Below, piece after piece: positions 11,725-22,500 of a stretch of 64,000 bases of DNA. The DNA lies in contig CAVQMO010000005.1 of NCBI GenBank assembly GCA_963713605.1, positions 224,001-288,000 on the forward strand, read 5' to 3'. Each line of letters begins with the position of its first letter. The stretch's first letter is position 1. The notes under the pieces were generated by a model. It saw only the letters and a list, made by a program, of their open reading frames with translations, was not told the origin of the DNA and ran no database searches. A program made the translations under genes and the position numbers. This stretch comes from an uncultured Nitrososphaerales archaeon. GTDB lineage: Archaea; Thermoproteota; Nitrososphaeria; Nitrososphaerales; Nitrososphaeraceae.

Positions 11725-11823
11725 CTATCATACGGTGGATCGGGCAGACCTGGTCACCATATTGCAATATCGGCCTTGGCCTGGCTAACCCCTATCCCGT
11801 GAATATAATTCAATGACGATAGG
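11725..11823 (+). ncRNA. Candidate GC-rich structured RNA
   Basis: AAACTTTTTAAT TATA at 11691-11702; hairpin 11734-11758 with two G-U pairs on +; palindrome ATATTGCAATAT; CCTATC/GATAGG stem. Confidence 0.35.
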
Positions 11824-12261
11824 AAGACAAAAATGGATGAAAACGGTCAAGGAGGGCAGTTTTTGCAAAGAAAAAGTGCAACGTGTACATTTTGTAGAAA
11901 TAGTGAAGGGTATAATCAGGTTCGACTGGCAGGTGGTTGGGTATACCTATGTGCATGTTGTAAGAATGAATTGGAAACAACGAATCAAGTTATTTCTGAT
12001 TAGACTTCTTCTTTCGAGGACAGTTGAAAATACTAAAGATATTCTACTGCTAGTACCTGTATTTTAGGTACGCCTATTTTAGTTAGTAATGGTAATGATG
12101 CGACCGTCGCGGCTGCTATCATTGGCTTGCCTTTCAGATAGACATGAATTTTGCACTCTTAACTTCGCTGCTGCAGGTTGTCAGTGTAATTGTCACCCTG
12201 AAAATCGATGACAGATGAAAAACATAAGATAGAAACTCATACTAACCTTCATGTATCCCGA

Positions 12262-12510
12262 TTAGTTACGTTCTAAATGGGGAAAGATCTTTAGTATGGT
12301 TTTCTTAGCATCTTTGGGCATGTTTTGGTCTTTTAATATCATATGCAAGTCCTTTCTATTGATGCAAAGACCTGATTCATTTATTTTGTAGAACCATTGT
12401 ATGTCTATGGGACTTATAATTACGGTTGGTCTTCCGCAATCCCTCATCGCACACGATGAAAGGTCTCCTTTACCAAAACATATGTGATCACTACTGCATT
12501 CGGATATCAT
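12262..12510 (-). CDS. Small Cys-containing hypothetical protein
   Basis: 82-aa ORF with ATG, co-oriented downstream of the PPOX gene. Confidence 0.7.
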   Translation of the reverse strand: MISECSSDHICFGKGDLSSCAMRDCGRPTVIISPIDIQWFYKINESGLCINRKDLHMILKDQNMPKDAKKTILKIFPHLERN

Positions 12511-12549
12511 ATGTTAATCGTAACTAATCATCTCTATGCGAGAATCTGT

Positions 12550-13023
12550 TTACTGTTTACCGTAATCCCAAGTTGAGTAATACTTAGGACTAATCTCCAA
12601 TACTATTGAATCACCCTTCTTCAGTTCTTCTTTAAGGGCAATCGCCATCGGATCTTCTAAATTTCCCAAATATCTGGCCATGATCTTTTCCCAAATACCA
12701 AGGTTAAAATTCACCTCTTTCAGTATTCTTGCAGTTCCCTTTCCGCGTACTCCTTTGTAGGGAGGATTTGGATCGTCGACACAGAAATAAACCATCTGAT
12801 TCTTTTTGAGATTACTCGTTTTCTTCGACTCTTTTCCTGTTAGGATATAGAACTTGTAATCCGACTGATCGTAATAGTACCCTACGGGATGGATATTTGG
12901 ATGACCTTCTTCGTCTACAGTCCCCAGGTGTAAATTTAGAACCTTGGTCGTTAAGAAATCCTTTACGTCTTGTTCACTAAGAGATTTACCAGATTCTCCA
13001 CTACCATCTAGAATCTTTAACAT
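12550..13023 (-). CDS. Pyridoxamine 5'-phosphate oxidase-like (split-barrel flavin/F420-binding) protein
   Basis: LHLGTVDEEGHPNIHPV, SKKTSNLKKNQMVYFCVD, YKGVRGKGTA, terminal TWDY. Confidence 0.85.
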   Translation of the reverse strand: MLKILDGSGESGKSLSEQDVKDFLTTKVLNLHLGTVDEEGHPNIHPVGYYYDQSDYKFYILTGKESKKTSNLKKNQMVYFCVDDPNPPYKGVRGKGTARILKEVNFNLGIWEKIMARYLGNLEDPMAIALKEELKKGDSIVLEISPKYYSTWDYGKQ

Positions 13024-13097
13024 ACGGAAGAAGACTTTTTCATGTATTTAAGTTGTTTTATAACTTACATACGAATTCTGCGCGCATCACTTGAGAT

Positions 13098-13369
13098 TCA
13101 AACAATGGGTAGTAATTCTTCAGAAACATCAGAGAATTCATGTAACATTTGTGCGCGCACCAAATCACGGTACAGGTGTATATTCTCTCTTATCTTCAAT
13201 CTCATGCATGTAGTCATTTCTTCAGGATTTATGGCATGACATTCGTACATGTGTATGATCATTGTATCCATAACCTTTTCCTCACCGGTTCCGAAGATAA
13301 TATAGTCACAGTTTAATCCTACATCTGAACAAAGAGGGATCGAAACAATTCTTCCGGTGTCTGGGACAT
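13098..13369 (-). CDS. DUF1059-like small metal-binding protein (one frameshift; missed by ORF track)
   Basis: TATA about 25 nt before ATG 13369; after a T-run shift it reads CSDVGLNCDYIIFGTGEEKVMDTMIIHMYECHAI, the C-x6-C...H-x4-H pattern of DUF1059. Confidence 0.65.
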
Positions 13370-13957
13370 CAATATTAATCAGTAAATTTAGTTATAAATA
13401 CACTGTGGGTAATTCTACAAACAAATGAACTGTAGATAGTACCTATTTCACAATGTCGATGATGAAACGATGTTTCGCGCGCAAATTTTGTCCTTGTCCA
13501 CTAATTACAGATTCACAAGTACTATAATTTTTGCGCGTATGTAGGAAGACGATGGTACAATCACTAGAAAGTCTGCATTGAAAAAAATGGGATCCTAGGA
13601 AATTATGAGATTGAATGAATTCCGAATAAAAATTAATTTCTGCGTGCACAATCTACAAAAATAGATACAAACACCATCTTCAGTTTGCCTAACTCGATAT
13701 TTGGATGATATTAATCACAGTCAAAATGATAAATTGACATCTAATTACCAAAATCCCATCAATATTTTGTTCAAGAAATTAATGCAGTTAAGTTACGACA
13801 TTCAATTAGTCTGATTTTATGTGCGCGCAAGAATTGTTCCTATTTGGTGATTATAGATTTACTCCGTGTGTACATTCTTCTTCCTCAGACGTATCGATAA
13901 GACGTCACTTTCACCTTCTTTTCACTAGATAAATTTATCATTATGTAAAGACCGCCT

Positions 13958-14266
13958 ATGTTCGGAATTAAAATGAGAGTATTAGTTAGAGCGATGGTTT
14001 CGGCAACGGCAGGCAATAAGATGGTGAAAGACCCTAATTTCATGAAGAATCTAGAGGACTACATTCACAAATTCAATTGTGAAGCCGCATACTTTTTTCC
14101 ATTGAATGGCGAGAGAACCATGGTCTTTGTCTTGGATCTACCAAGTCAAGACATGATACCGGCAGTTGCAGAACCGTTATTCCAGAACTACGAGGCCAAA
14201 GTAGAAGTACATCCTGCAATGAATTTAGATGATTTGAAAAAGGGAATTTCAAATATGCAAGGATAA
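13958..14266 (+). CDS. Small alpha/beta (GYD/DUF3303-like) hypothetical protein
   Basis: EAAYFFPLNGERTMVFVLDL...IPAVAEPLF...AKVEVHPAMNLDDL; poly-T terminator downstream. Confidence 0.75.
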   Translation: MFGIKMRVLVRAMVSATAGNKMVKDPNFMKNLEDYIHKFNCEAAYFFPLNGERTMVFVLDLPSQDMIPAVAEPLFQNYEAKVEVHPAMNLDDLKKGISNMQG

Positions 14267-14844
14267 GGATAATACAAAAAATCTTTACTTTTTTTTAACT
14301 CGTCATGAGTGACGTTGTTTATTTCACACGCGTGAAAGTAATTTCAATTGATGGATAATATGGTTTCCTTAGTGCCACCGCATATTCTTCACTATGCAGC
14401 ATGCCTCTGTTCAGTGCCGGTCGACCTTTGTGATATGCCATTATTTAGTTACCACTCCTTAGGCACAACATAATCCTTCTTAGGGTGTCAAAGATCAAAA
14501 TAGTCTTGAATCTCCCTCGTGAAAGTGGAGTAAAAGTCCATTTTGTATGATTGTCCAAGAAATCAACTATATCGATGTTGTTCCTGTAAGAAAAATGTCC
14601 TTATAAGTAAATGTCTACTAACCAACATTCGATGATTTAACTAAGTCGGTCGTTACGAGAAAGTCACTTTGCAACATTCACAGATATGATAAGGAAGTAT
14701 TTCGAAGAGGAATCATTTTGAAAAATAAGTGTTCAAACTGTGGACATTGACACGAATGGCAACGGCAATTGTAGCCGTGATAATTGAAAATGCATAAGAT
14801 TCTCAGATAAAAATTGGGACTATCATTTAGATTAACTAGTGACT

Positions 14845-15798
14845 TTAACCTTTTATGGTGTTCGTATGATTGTCCTTCTTTCTTTTATGAGGTGTGGTGA
14901 CCATTAATGCTACACCTATAAGGATTACAATCATTGCGATTACAGTAGTGCTTGTAATTGATTCGTGAAGAAATAACCAACCTAGGATAACGGCGATGAC
15001 AGGGCTAACATAAGCAAATGTGTTGGCTAGCGAAGGAGTGGTTACCCTTAATAGCCAATAAAAATCGGTGAAGCCAATCACTGTAACTATAAGAATTAGA
15101 TAAACCAATGCAATTGAAGATTGCCATGATATATCAGTTACCTCAAGGCCTCGATATTCGCCCATAGAAAGGCTTATCGCAGTGAGCATTAACCCACCTG
15201 TAATCATTATCATTCCGGATGAAGCAAGAATACTTACAGGCAATCTTGATTTCGTTGAGTAAAGAGAACCAAGAGCCCATAATACTGAACTTAGTATTAG
15301 AGCCGTAGTCCCCACGGGACTCAACTCTCCAGTACTAAGCGAAGGTGCAACTAGGAGCATCAGACCTCCAAATCCGGCACAAAGCCCTAATATCGTTAGT
15401 TTTGATAAATGCCTCTTAAAAATTACAAGCGCAAGAATAGCAACCCAAAGCGGAACAGTCGAATTCAAAAGTCCGGTGATTCCTGATGGAAGATATTGAG
15501 CTCCCCATGTCAGAATGCCCTGTCCACCCACCATCAACAACGCACCTAATATTATGGCATCTCTCCACTGTGTTTTACCTATGTGTTCTTGCACACTTTG
15601 ATTCGGTGTCTTGTGTCTGGTCAAAAATGGTTTAACTAGATAGATTGAATAAAGAGCAGAGCCGGCAATCATAAATCTAATCCCTGCACTAAGCAGTGGT
15701 GGGATTGTATCAATCGATATCTTGATGGCAAGAAAACTTGAACCATTGATTAACCAAAGTGCTAAGAGGACTATCCATATTTTTAATTGACCCTGCAA
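14845..15798 (-). CDS. EamA/DMT family transporter
   Basis: Ten TM segments; PPLLSAGIRF, FAYVSPVIAVILGWLFLHE. Confidence 0.9.
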   Translation of the reverse strand: MQGQLKIWIVLLALWLINGSSFLAIKISIDTIPPLLSAGIRFMIAGSALYSIYLVKPFLTRHKTPNQSVQEHIGKTQWRDAIILGALLMVGGQGILTWGAQYLPSGITGLLNSTVPLWVAILALVIFKRHLSKLTILGLCAGFGGLMLLVAPSLSTGELSPVGTTALILSSVLWALGSLYSTKSRLPVSILASSGMIMITGGLMLTAISLSMGEYRGLEVTDISWQSSIALVYLILIVTVIGFTDFYWLLRVTTPSLANTFAYVSPVIAVILGWLFLHESITSTTVIAMIVILIGVALMVTTPHKRKKDNHTNTIKG

Positions 15799-15993
15799 TT
15801 TAACTGTCTGTTGAAAATATACCTAGGGGATTAAAATTGTTTGTAGGCTGAGATGAGGGTAGAATCTCTTGCTAACGATTTCGTTCTTACGATTGGCAGA
15901 GGCCGAAGTCTTACTTTTTCTTGTCAACGGAATGGATATATCTCAGGTTCTGATCAATAACAATAAAAGTATTGAAGTATTTTTATAACTAGT

Positions 15994-16356
15994 TTGGTAG
16001 TAAAATTGGATCTTTCTAAAGTCCCTAGCACCTTGAAATCTATTATTATGCATCAATCAAAATTTGCAGAACAAATACAACCAGAACCAAATGAACCAGA
16101 CATAGTAATTATACAAGGTGAAGATGAAAGGGAAAATGGCATCAATGATGTAAAAAGTAAGATAAAGGATACTTTGATTCAATTTAAGATTCGCGACTTT
16201 GTAGCAATCACGGATCCTGTAGACCAGCAGAAGATCTTAGTAGTTGGAAGGAAAGATGCAGAAAAGCTAGATTCATTTCATTGCCTTCATTGTGGGATGG
16301 AATTCATTGACGAAATTCAGCTAGGAATTCATCAGAGGCTCCATTTACCCTTCTAA
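15994..16356 (+). CDS. C2H2-type zinc-finger protein
   Basis: C-terminal CLHCGMEF...LGIHQRLH. Confidence 0.75.
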   Translation: MVVKLDLSKVPSTLKSIIMHQSKFAEQIQPEPNEPDIVIIQGEDERENGINDVKSKIKDTLIQFKIRDFVAITDPVDQQKILVVGRKDAEKLDSFHCLHCGMEFIDEIQLGIHQRLHLPF

Positions 16357-16709
16357 ATTTCCTTCATGGAGTTTCTCATAAGGAGTATCGTTATCTGATT
16401 TTATTTGTGAAATCGTATTGAAAAACTTCCTCTTTTCTCGATTCCTATCCCCAGTATGATTTGAGTCTGTGTGAACACACTGGATATTATCTCCCTGGCT
16501 TGCAATTACTCCAGAAACATTTAGTCTAATATCTGCTGGAAATGGGGGGTTAAATTTCTATACTTCTTTATATCTTGTCGTAGTAACTTGGAGATAACCA
16601 GATGAGTGATTTGGCCACATGAGTTTAGGCATGTGCTTGAATCTCCTGTTAACTAATGTTTACTCAATGTTATATACTCTACAGCCAGCTGACGGGCAGC
16701 AATAGGAGC

Positions 16710-16813
16710 AAAGGCAGCAGTAAGTAAGGAGTAGTTCCTGGTTCGAGTAACAAAGTCCTGAGCGTCGAAGTGTCAAAATATCACTAGTGGGCATGCAACT
16801 AGTCTGTGCCTTT
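16710..16813 (+). ncRNA. Candidate multibranch RNA upstream of xpb
   Basis: Closing stem AAAGGCA(G)CAG/CTGTGCCTTT encloses three hairpins; TTATATA box at about 16670. Confidence 0.3.
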
Positions 16814-16887
16814 TACCATTAGCCTCGTTGTATGAGTAGCTTAACTATTATTAGTCTAACTTCATCCTGAAAGGATATAGTAAACAT

Positions 16888-18334
16888 ATGGTTTTGTTAA
16901 CATATGATAGAGGGACAATTATAATAACGGGACTTATGCATATCCCATTCGCTACACTAGACCCTCGGACCAATTCTCTTAGAGCACAAGCATTGAAATA
17001 TTACGATATTATCCAGTATCTGCGTGAAAGCGAAATAGAGTTACACTGACCGGGTTTTCGAACTCATACCTTCACCCCATTTCACGGTAAAAGATGTTTT
17101 ATTGAGGGATTATCAGCAAAAGGCCCTGAATAGATGGACTAGAGTTGGTATGAGAGGCTGTATTGTACTGCCAACAGGTGCTGGCAAGACGATATTAGGG
17201 GTTAAATCTATAGAAACCGTAAACTCTGCAGCGTTAGTAGTAGTGCCTACATTAGATCTAATGCATCAATGGACTGAAGTATTATCAAGCCACATAACAA
17301 ATACATCCATCGGAAATCTAGGTGGTGGATCCGAAGAAATAGAGGCGATTACTGTTGCTACCTATGACTCTGCATACATCAGAGCATCAAGCCTTGGCAA
17401 TAGATTCTCTTTTGTAATATTTGATGAAGTGCATCATCTGGCTGCGCCAGGATACAGATCAATAGCTGAACAACTGGCTGGTCCATACAGATTAGGTCTT
17501 ACTGCAACGATAGAAAGGGAAGATAAATTACATTTGGACTTTCCAAAATTAGTTGGTGGTGGCGTAGTCTTCGAGATCCACCCGACAGAGCTTGCAAAGA
17601 GCAAACATCTTGCATCATACGAAATCAAGAGGATACAAGTCGAATTGACCCCTCAGGAGCAGATCGAATATCAGAACAACTTCGGGACATACCAACTCTG
17701 CCTTAAGAAACTGGGAATTCGGATGAACTATCATGGCTCATTTAGAAGATTGATTATGATGTCGACAAAGAATAAGGTAGCCCGTGAAGCCTTGCTTGCC
17801 CGAAATAAGGCAATGGAAATCGCCTTAAACAGCAAATCAAAGCTGGAGGTATTGCGTAATATTCTTGCAGAGAATAGTGGTGTGAAAACTATAATTTTTA
17901 CTCAACATAATAGCTTGGTTTATACAATTGCCAATGAGTTTTTGATTCCTGCAATAACTCATAGAACAGACAAATTAGAAAGAAAGGATGTCTTATTAGG
18001 TTTCAAAGAAGGACGTTATTTGGCCATTGTTACATCTAAAGTATTAGATGAAGGAGTTGATGTCCCTGATGCAAAACTAGGCATCATAGTTAGTGGGACA
18101 GGGAGTGGAAGAGAATATATTCAAAGACTCGGTAGGCTTCTGAGACCTAAGCTGGCTAATACTGACGGTACTGATCAAAAAGCCAAACTAATCGAAATCA
18201 TATCTTCAAATACTCGTGAAATAGGTACCAGCAAAAGAAGGAAAAAAGCACTGACTAAAATCAATCAAAAACGAACAAAAGGGCAGGAAGACGAATATGA
18301 CGAATATATAGCGTACGAGGAACAGAATAATTAA
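16888..18334 (+). CDS. xpb: XPB/Rad25-like SF2 DNA helicase (frameshift near 17045)
   Basis: N-terminus MVLLTYDRGTI from ATG 16888; LPTGAGKT, DEVHH, LGLTAT, VLDEGVDVP, QRLGRLLR. Confidence 0.9.
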
Positions 18335-18485
18335 GGTTAGTTGAAGACCGAACATCAAATGACGGCCAACTCCATGTGTATCCATTTGCCGATCTCCGCA
18401 TTCTTGGGCAGATCCTATAGTAAGATAACTGTTGGCTGGAAAGATTTTTAGTTGCTCATTGCTCTAATATTGCAAGGTTGAAAAA

Positions 18486-19541
18486 TTGAGTCGAATTTGG
18501 CCAGAGTTTGTGAAGGCGAGACCAAAATTAACATTGAAATCTGCATCGAAGTTAATATTGGTGAGTATCATCTTGCTACCAAGTACATTTGTTGTTAGCA
18601 CCTTCAATTTCACTTATTTAAATACCGATGAGGCGACAAGGCATAATTACGCATTTGCGACTCTAGATAACGAAGCAAATTCATCGAAATCTTTGACTTC
18701 AGCTAGTCTGGACAACAGTCCTGGAAGTATAGAATATAACGCCAGGTATTTCTGTGGCACAATTATTGGCCAGGACGGTCCTCTTAGGCCCGGACGCTAT
18801 AATTCAGACATAAATATCTTTAACAGGCAACTGTATCCAGTCTCTTTTCTCTGGAATGCAGTTCCCTCTTCAACCCTTCAACCGAACAAAGAAACATCCC
18901 TTGATTCCAACCTTTTTACCGTTGACACTAATTACAGATTGCAAACCTTAGCGCCAGGAGATTCAATTAGCATGAGCTGCAAGGATTTTGTGCCCTCTTT
19001 TTCGTTATACTCAAATACCTCGGACGGTGTTGATAGATTCATTGAAGGAGTTTCCACTATAAGTGTTGATTTAGATCCATCAATTCAAGCTGCAATATCC
19101 TCCTCCTCTACGGGGATGGTCATATCTCAACCTTCAGGCGAAGCAACAAGCGAACCGAGTACCAACGTATTGAGTGTTGATGCTATCTACACCGTAAATG
19201 CCCTCGAGGTACCCAGTAGAGAGATTGTATTGCAACTTGTCGAGTACTTCATAAATAGAGAGGATACAAATGGAAAATTGCCTGCAGAATTAATTTCCAA
19301 ACCACTCAGTATCACGGTACCTATAAGGACAAATGAGACTGTGAATCCTGATACCCAGGTTAAAGACATTCTAACAAGAGAATATTCGTTGAATGCAACG
19401 GAAAGACAAAGTCTTGACATCACTATAAGAAATCTTAGTCTGGGCGTCGGAGCATTGGATGATAATCATGCTATTTCTCTACAGCGAATAAATGCATATC
19501 AACCGGCTCCTCGTTCTGCAAGTAACTCCACCTCACCTTAA
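18486..19541 (+). CDS. Secreted/membrane-anchored conserved hypothetical protein
   Basis: N-terminal TM; EYNARYFCG...LRPGRYNSDINIFN motif; intact 351-aa ORF. Confidence 0.75.
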   Translation: MSRIWPEFVKARPKLTLKSASKLILVSIILLPSTFVVSTFNFTYLNTDEATRHNYAFATLDNEANSSKSLTSASLDNSPGSIEYNARYFCGTIIGQDGPLRPGRYNSDINIFNRQLYPVSFLWNAVPSSTLQPNKETSLDSNLFTVDTNYRLQTLAPGDSISMSCKDFVPSFSLYSNTSDGVDRFIEGVSTISVDLDPSIQAAISSSSTGMVISQPSGEATSEPSTNVLSVDAIYTVNALEVPSREIVLQLVEYFINREDTNGKLPAELISKPLSITVPIRTNETVNPDTQVKDILTREYSLNATERQSLDITIRNLSLGVGALDDNHAISLQRINAYQPAPRSASNSTSP

Positions 19542-19707
19542 GTTTATAAAGCAAAGATTACTACAAGTGATGGAATATCCGAACAGGTGCATCGAATCCT
19601 CTACTTTTACTGATTTCACAGTCAAACTGCTCACATTTGAAAATAGGACGATTTAATTCCTGCTGAAGTATTAATCGCTTTGTTAGTGACATGATTATGT
19701 AACCATT

Positions 19708-20244
19708 TTAAGTGCAGCAGATCAGATAAGCAATGAGTGTGCCCGCATTTTCAACTTTCTTCTCTTTTACTAAATCTTTCAACTGGGATACGGTTATTAT
19801 TTCAATGTCAGTGATTACCTCTGTGGCTTCGTATCTTGGCTTGTCGTTAGTTAGGTCAGTCGCTTTGAAAAGGTGAACCAATTGCTTTGATTTGCTTACT
19901 GAAGGGTGGTAACTATATACGTGCTCAATTACCCTTGCAACGTATCCTGTTTCTTCTAATAATTCACGCTTTGCCGTCGTCATCATATTCTCTCCAGGGT
20001 CTATATGGCCTGCGGGGAATTCAAGTAAGATCTTTTGCAGAGGATACCTGAATTGTTTAATCATGACCAAAGTATCATCATCAAGAAAAGGCACAATTAT
20101 GACAACATCGGGAGATTTGTACCAGGTATACTCAATCGTATTTCCACTGTTCGATACTTGAACTTTGTCTTGGTATAGTGTTATCCATCGATTTTCATAA
20201 ATTCGATTATTTTCAAGTGTCTTCCAATTAGTTGATATATTCAA
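19708..20244 (-). CDS. NUDIX hydrolase (ADP-ribose pyrophosphatase-like)
   Basis: KQFRYP...LEFPAGHIDPGE...AKRELLEETG Nudix box. Confidence 0.92.
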   Translation of the reverse strand: MNISTNWKTLENNRIYENRWITLYQDKVQVSNSGNTIEYTWYKSPDVVIIVPFLDDDTLVMIKQFRYPLQKILLEFPAGHIDPGENMMTTAKRELLEETGYVARVIEHVYSYHPSVSKSKQLVHLFKATDLTNDKPRYEATEVITDIEIITVSQLKDLVKEKKVENAGTLIAYLICCT

Positions 20245-20442
20245 GCCTGCATTCCTTTTGCTTTAACATGTTTAAATATGTCACTCGAAGTTGGTCAGTG
20301 AGGAATTCTGTCATTTACATGTTCCTAGTCTCTTGGAACGAGGATGGCATTTGATTAGATTTTACCAAGTTGTTACGCGTGCTCGACCGGGTTAATCATG
20401 AAACTTATCAGATCACTATAATCAGGTACAGTTGTGTCTACT

Positions 20443-20844
20443 TTAACTATCTACGGCTAGATCACATCTACATAAATCTGTTATCCGTACTTTCGAATAT
20501 GCATTAATGAATCTTTTTGCATACATGTTAGCATTCTTCTCTGACCCTTTGTGCACACCCCCTCTTGATCTCAGATGGTGGTAGAACTCGTGAAGTACTA
20601 CAAAAGGATTGTAAAAGATTTCAGAATTCATAGCATAAATCCTGTTTTCATTTTGAACATACACAGCATATACAGTCTTCCTTTTTCCCTTGATAGTTCC
20701 TACAACTATTTCTGGAGGACAAATTCTGTAAAGGTCGCTCAAATCTGATAACGCTTGTTCAGTGTCCTTGTTAAGAATCATTTGTACAATCCTTGCCATG
20801 CTCTTTTCGTCTAACAAAATACTTGATGGAGAAGTATCGGACAT
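20443..20844 (-). CDS. Small zincin-like (HExxH) protein
   Basis: VVLHEFYHHLR followed by a downstream E (GSEKNAN). Confidence 0.7.
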   Translation of the reverse strand: MSDTSPSSILLDEKSMARIVQMILNKDTEQALSDLSDLYRICPPEIVVGTIKGKRKTVYAVYVQNENRIYAMNSEIFYNPFVVLHEFYHHLRSRGGVHKGSEKNANMYAKRFINAYSKVRITDLCRCDLAVDS

Positions 20845-21566
20845 ATTCTTGATATAAGATTACGTCACTATTCTAATATGCTTTTGTCTCTGAAGCGATG
20901 AGTACAGATGCTCTGGATTATTCATGCCGGATAGCCGAAGAAGATAAGGAGATGTCCTTGACCACTAAGGTTACTACTAACATGATCACCACAACAACCT
21001 CCGTTTATTGAACAAATTGTAAGTTTATACTTTGAAGGAATTGGAAGAAATGTATTCAATACAAGAAACCGATATCATGATTAGAAGGTGATGGTAAATT
21101 GAACGTAAATTGCTAACAACCTAATTGATCGCAGATATATTATCATTAACTTAACGATTTCTAGACTGAAATACAATGTTATGTCTTGTTACTATCAACA
21201 TGTTCTGTAAGAAGGCTTGAGAGTCGGGACTTTTGGTGCTCTTTATTTTAGATCAGATATTACATATGAAGGAGGAAATTTTTAGATTGCTGCGGTGGAT
21301 TACAAACTAGAATCCCAGCCAATTAGAATTGTAGAAAATAAATCGAGGTGCATCACCGCATCCAGCTCTATTGATGGATCTCATATAGGCACTGGGATCA
21401 GAAATAGGCAAGAAGACCCACCTTACTTTCAGCTTCAGATGTGCCCATGTATGGCTGAACAAAATTTATAGTCTCCATGTTCCCGCTGGTAATATCATGT
21501 CATGAGCAACGAGCAAGAGAGCATTAATAGCAACGAACAAGAGACTTTTATATAACATCATTTACT

Positions 21567-22142
21567 ATGCAGGATGTGGACAAATATCTCACAATAGTGT
21601 TTGTTGCCTTCTTAGCTTCCCTTATACTCTTGACCACTTCCATTGACAAATCTTATGCACAGACTGGCATTAATGGCAGCAGTAATTCGATGGGGCCGAC
21701 AATTGGGTCGACTAATGGAACTTTTGCCTCCGCATTGGATCTGTTTGTAATACCAGACAGTATTGGAGGGTATGGTGTATATGAAGAACATCCTTCTAAT
21801 GCCTTTTCACCTGGAGAAGATATTGTGCTGTACGTAGAGCCAGTCGGATTTTCACATGAACCTGTAGGACCAACCTTGCCAGATAATCAAACTTTATACT
21901 TGATGAATTTTACGGCCGACATAGTAATTTCAGACACTGAGGGGAACGTCCTTGGAGGATTTCAAGATCTCCCAATACAGCAGATAGTTTCCCATCATCA
22001 AAATAAGGAAATAAATCTAGTAATTACGCTATCTCAATCTCAACCATTTCCGCCAGGCGACTATAGGCTCTTGTATACGATACATGATGAACCGTCTGGT
22101 AATACCTTTGAACTTGCAAAAGATGTGAAGATTACTTCTTAG
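21567..22142 (+). CDS. Secreted beta-sandwich hypothetical protein
   Basis: Signal ending SYAQ; GYGVYEE, FSPGEDIVLYVEPVGF, PPGDYRLLYTIHD. Confidence 0.75.
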   Translation: MQDVDKYLTIVFVAFLASLILLTTSIDKSYAQTGINGSSNSMGPTIGSTNGTFASALDLFVIPDSIGGYGVYEEHPSNAFSPGEDIVLYVEPVGFSHEPVGPTLPDNQTLYLMNFTADIVISDTEGNVLGGFQDLPIQQIVSHHQNKEINLVITLSQSQPFPPGDYRLLYTIHDEPSGNTFELAKDVKITS

Positions 22143-22500
22143 AATGGGTGATGTACGTTACCTACCTACTTGAGTGAATAATCATGTCACCTTAAAAGGA
22201 TCGTAATGGATTGGATTAGATGGAGGACGTAGACCTCCACCGTTTGCTTTATGAGTTTAGTACTATACTACTCCAACTGTCATATTGAAGTGTGCCAGAA
22301 GTTCATTTGGTCCTCTGACGTAACTTTATACTTATAAAGAAAGGAAATTAGAGGCTTTCATACTACTATACCAACTAAATATCTCTTTTACAGCAAAATC
22401 ACTCAGATTGCTCATTTAACAATAAAAAGTAAGAATATTGCTGAATATTGTCATATAGAAGAATTCAATATATAAATAACATAACTTTGCGCTCCTAATA

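Noticed and set aside
16730..16760. GGTTCGAGT as a tRNA T-loop
   Set aside because: No T-stem, acceptor stem or anticodon arm can be formed around it
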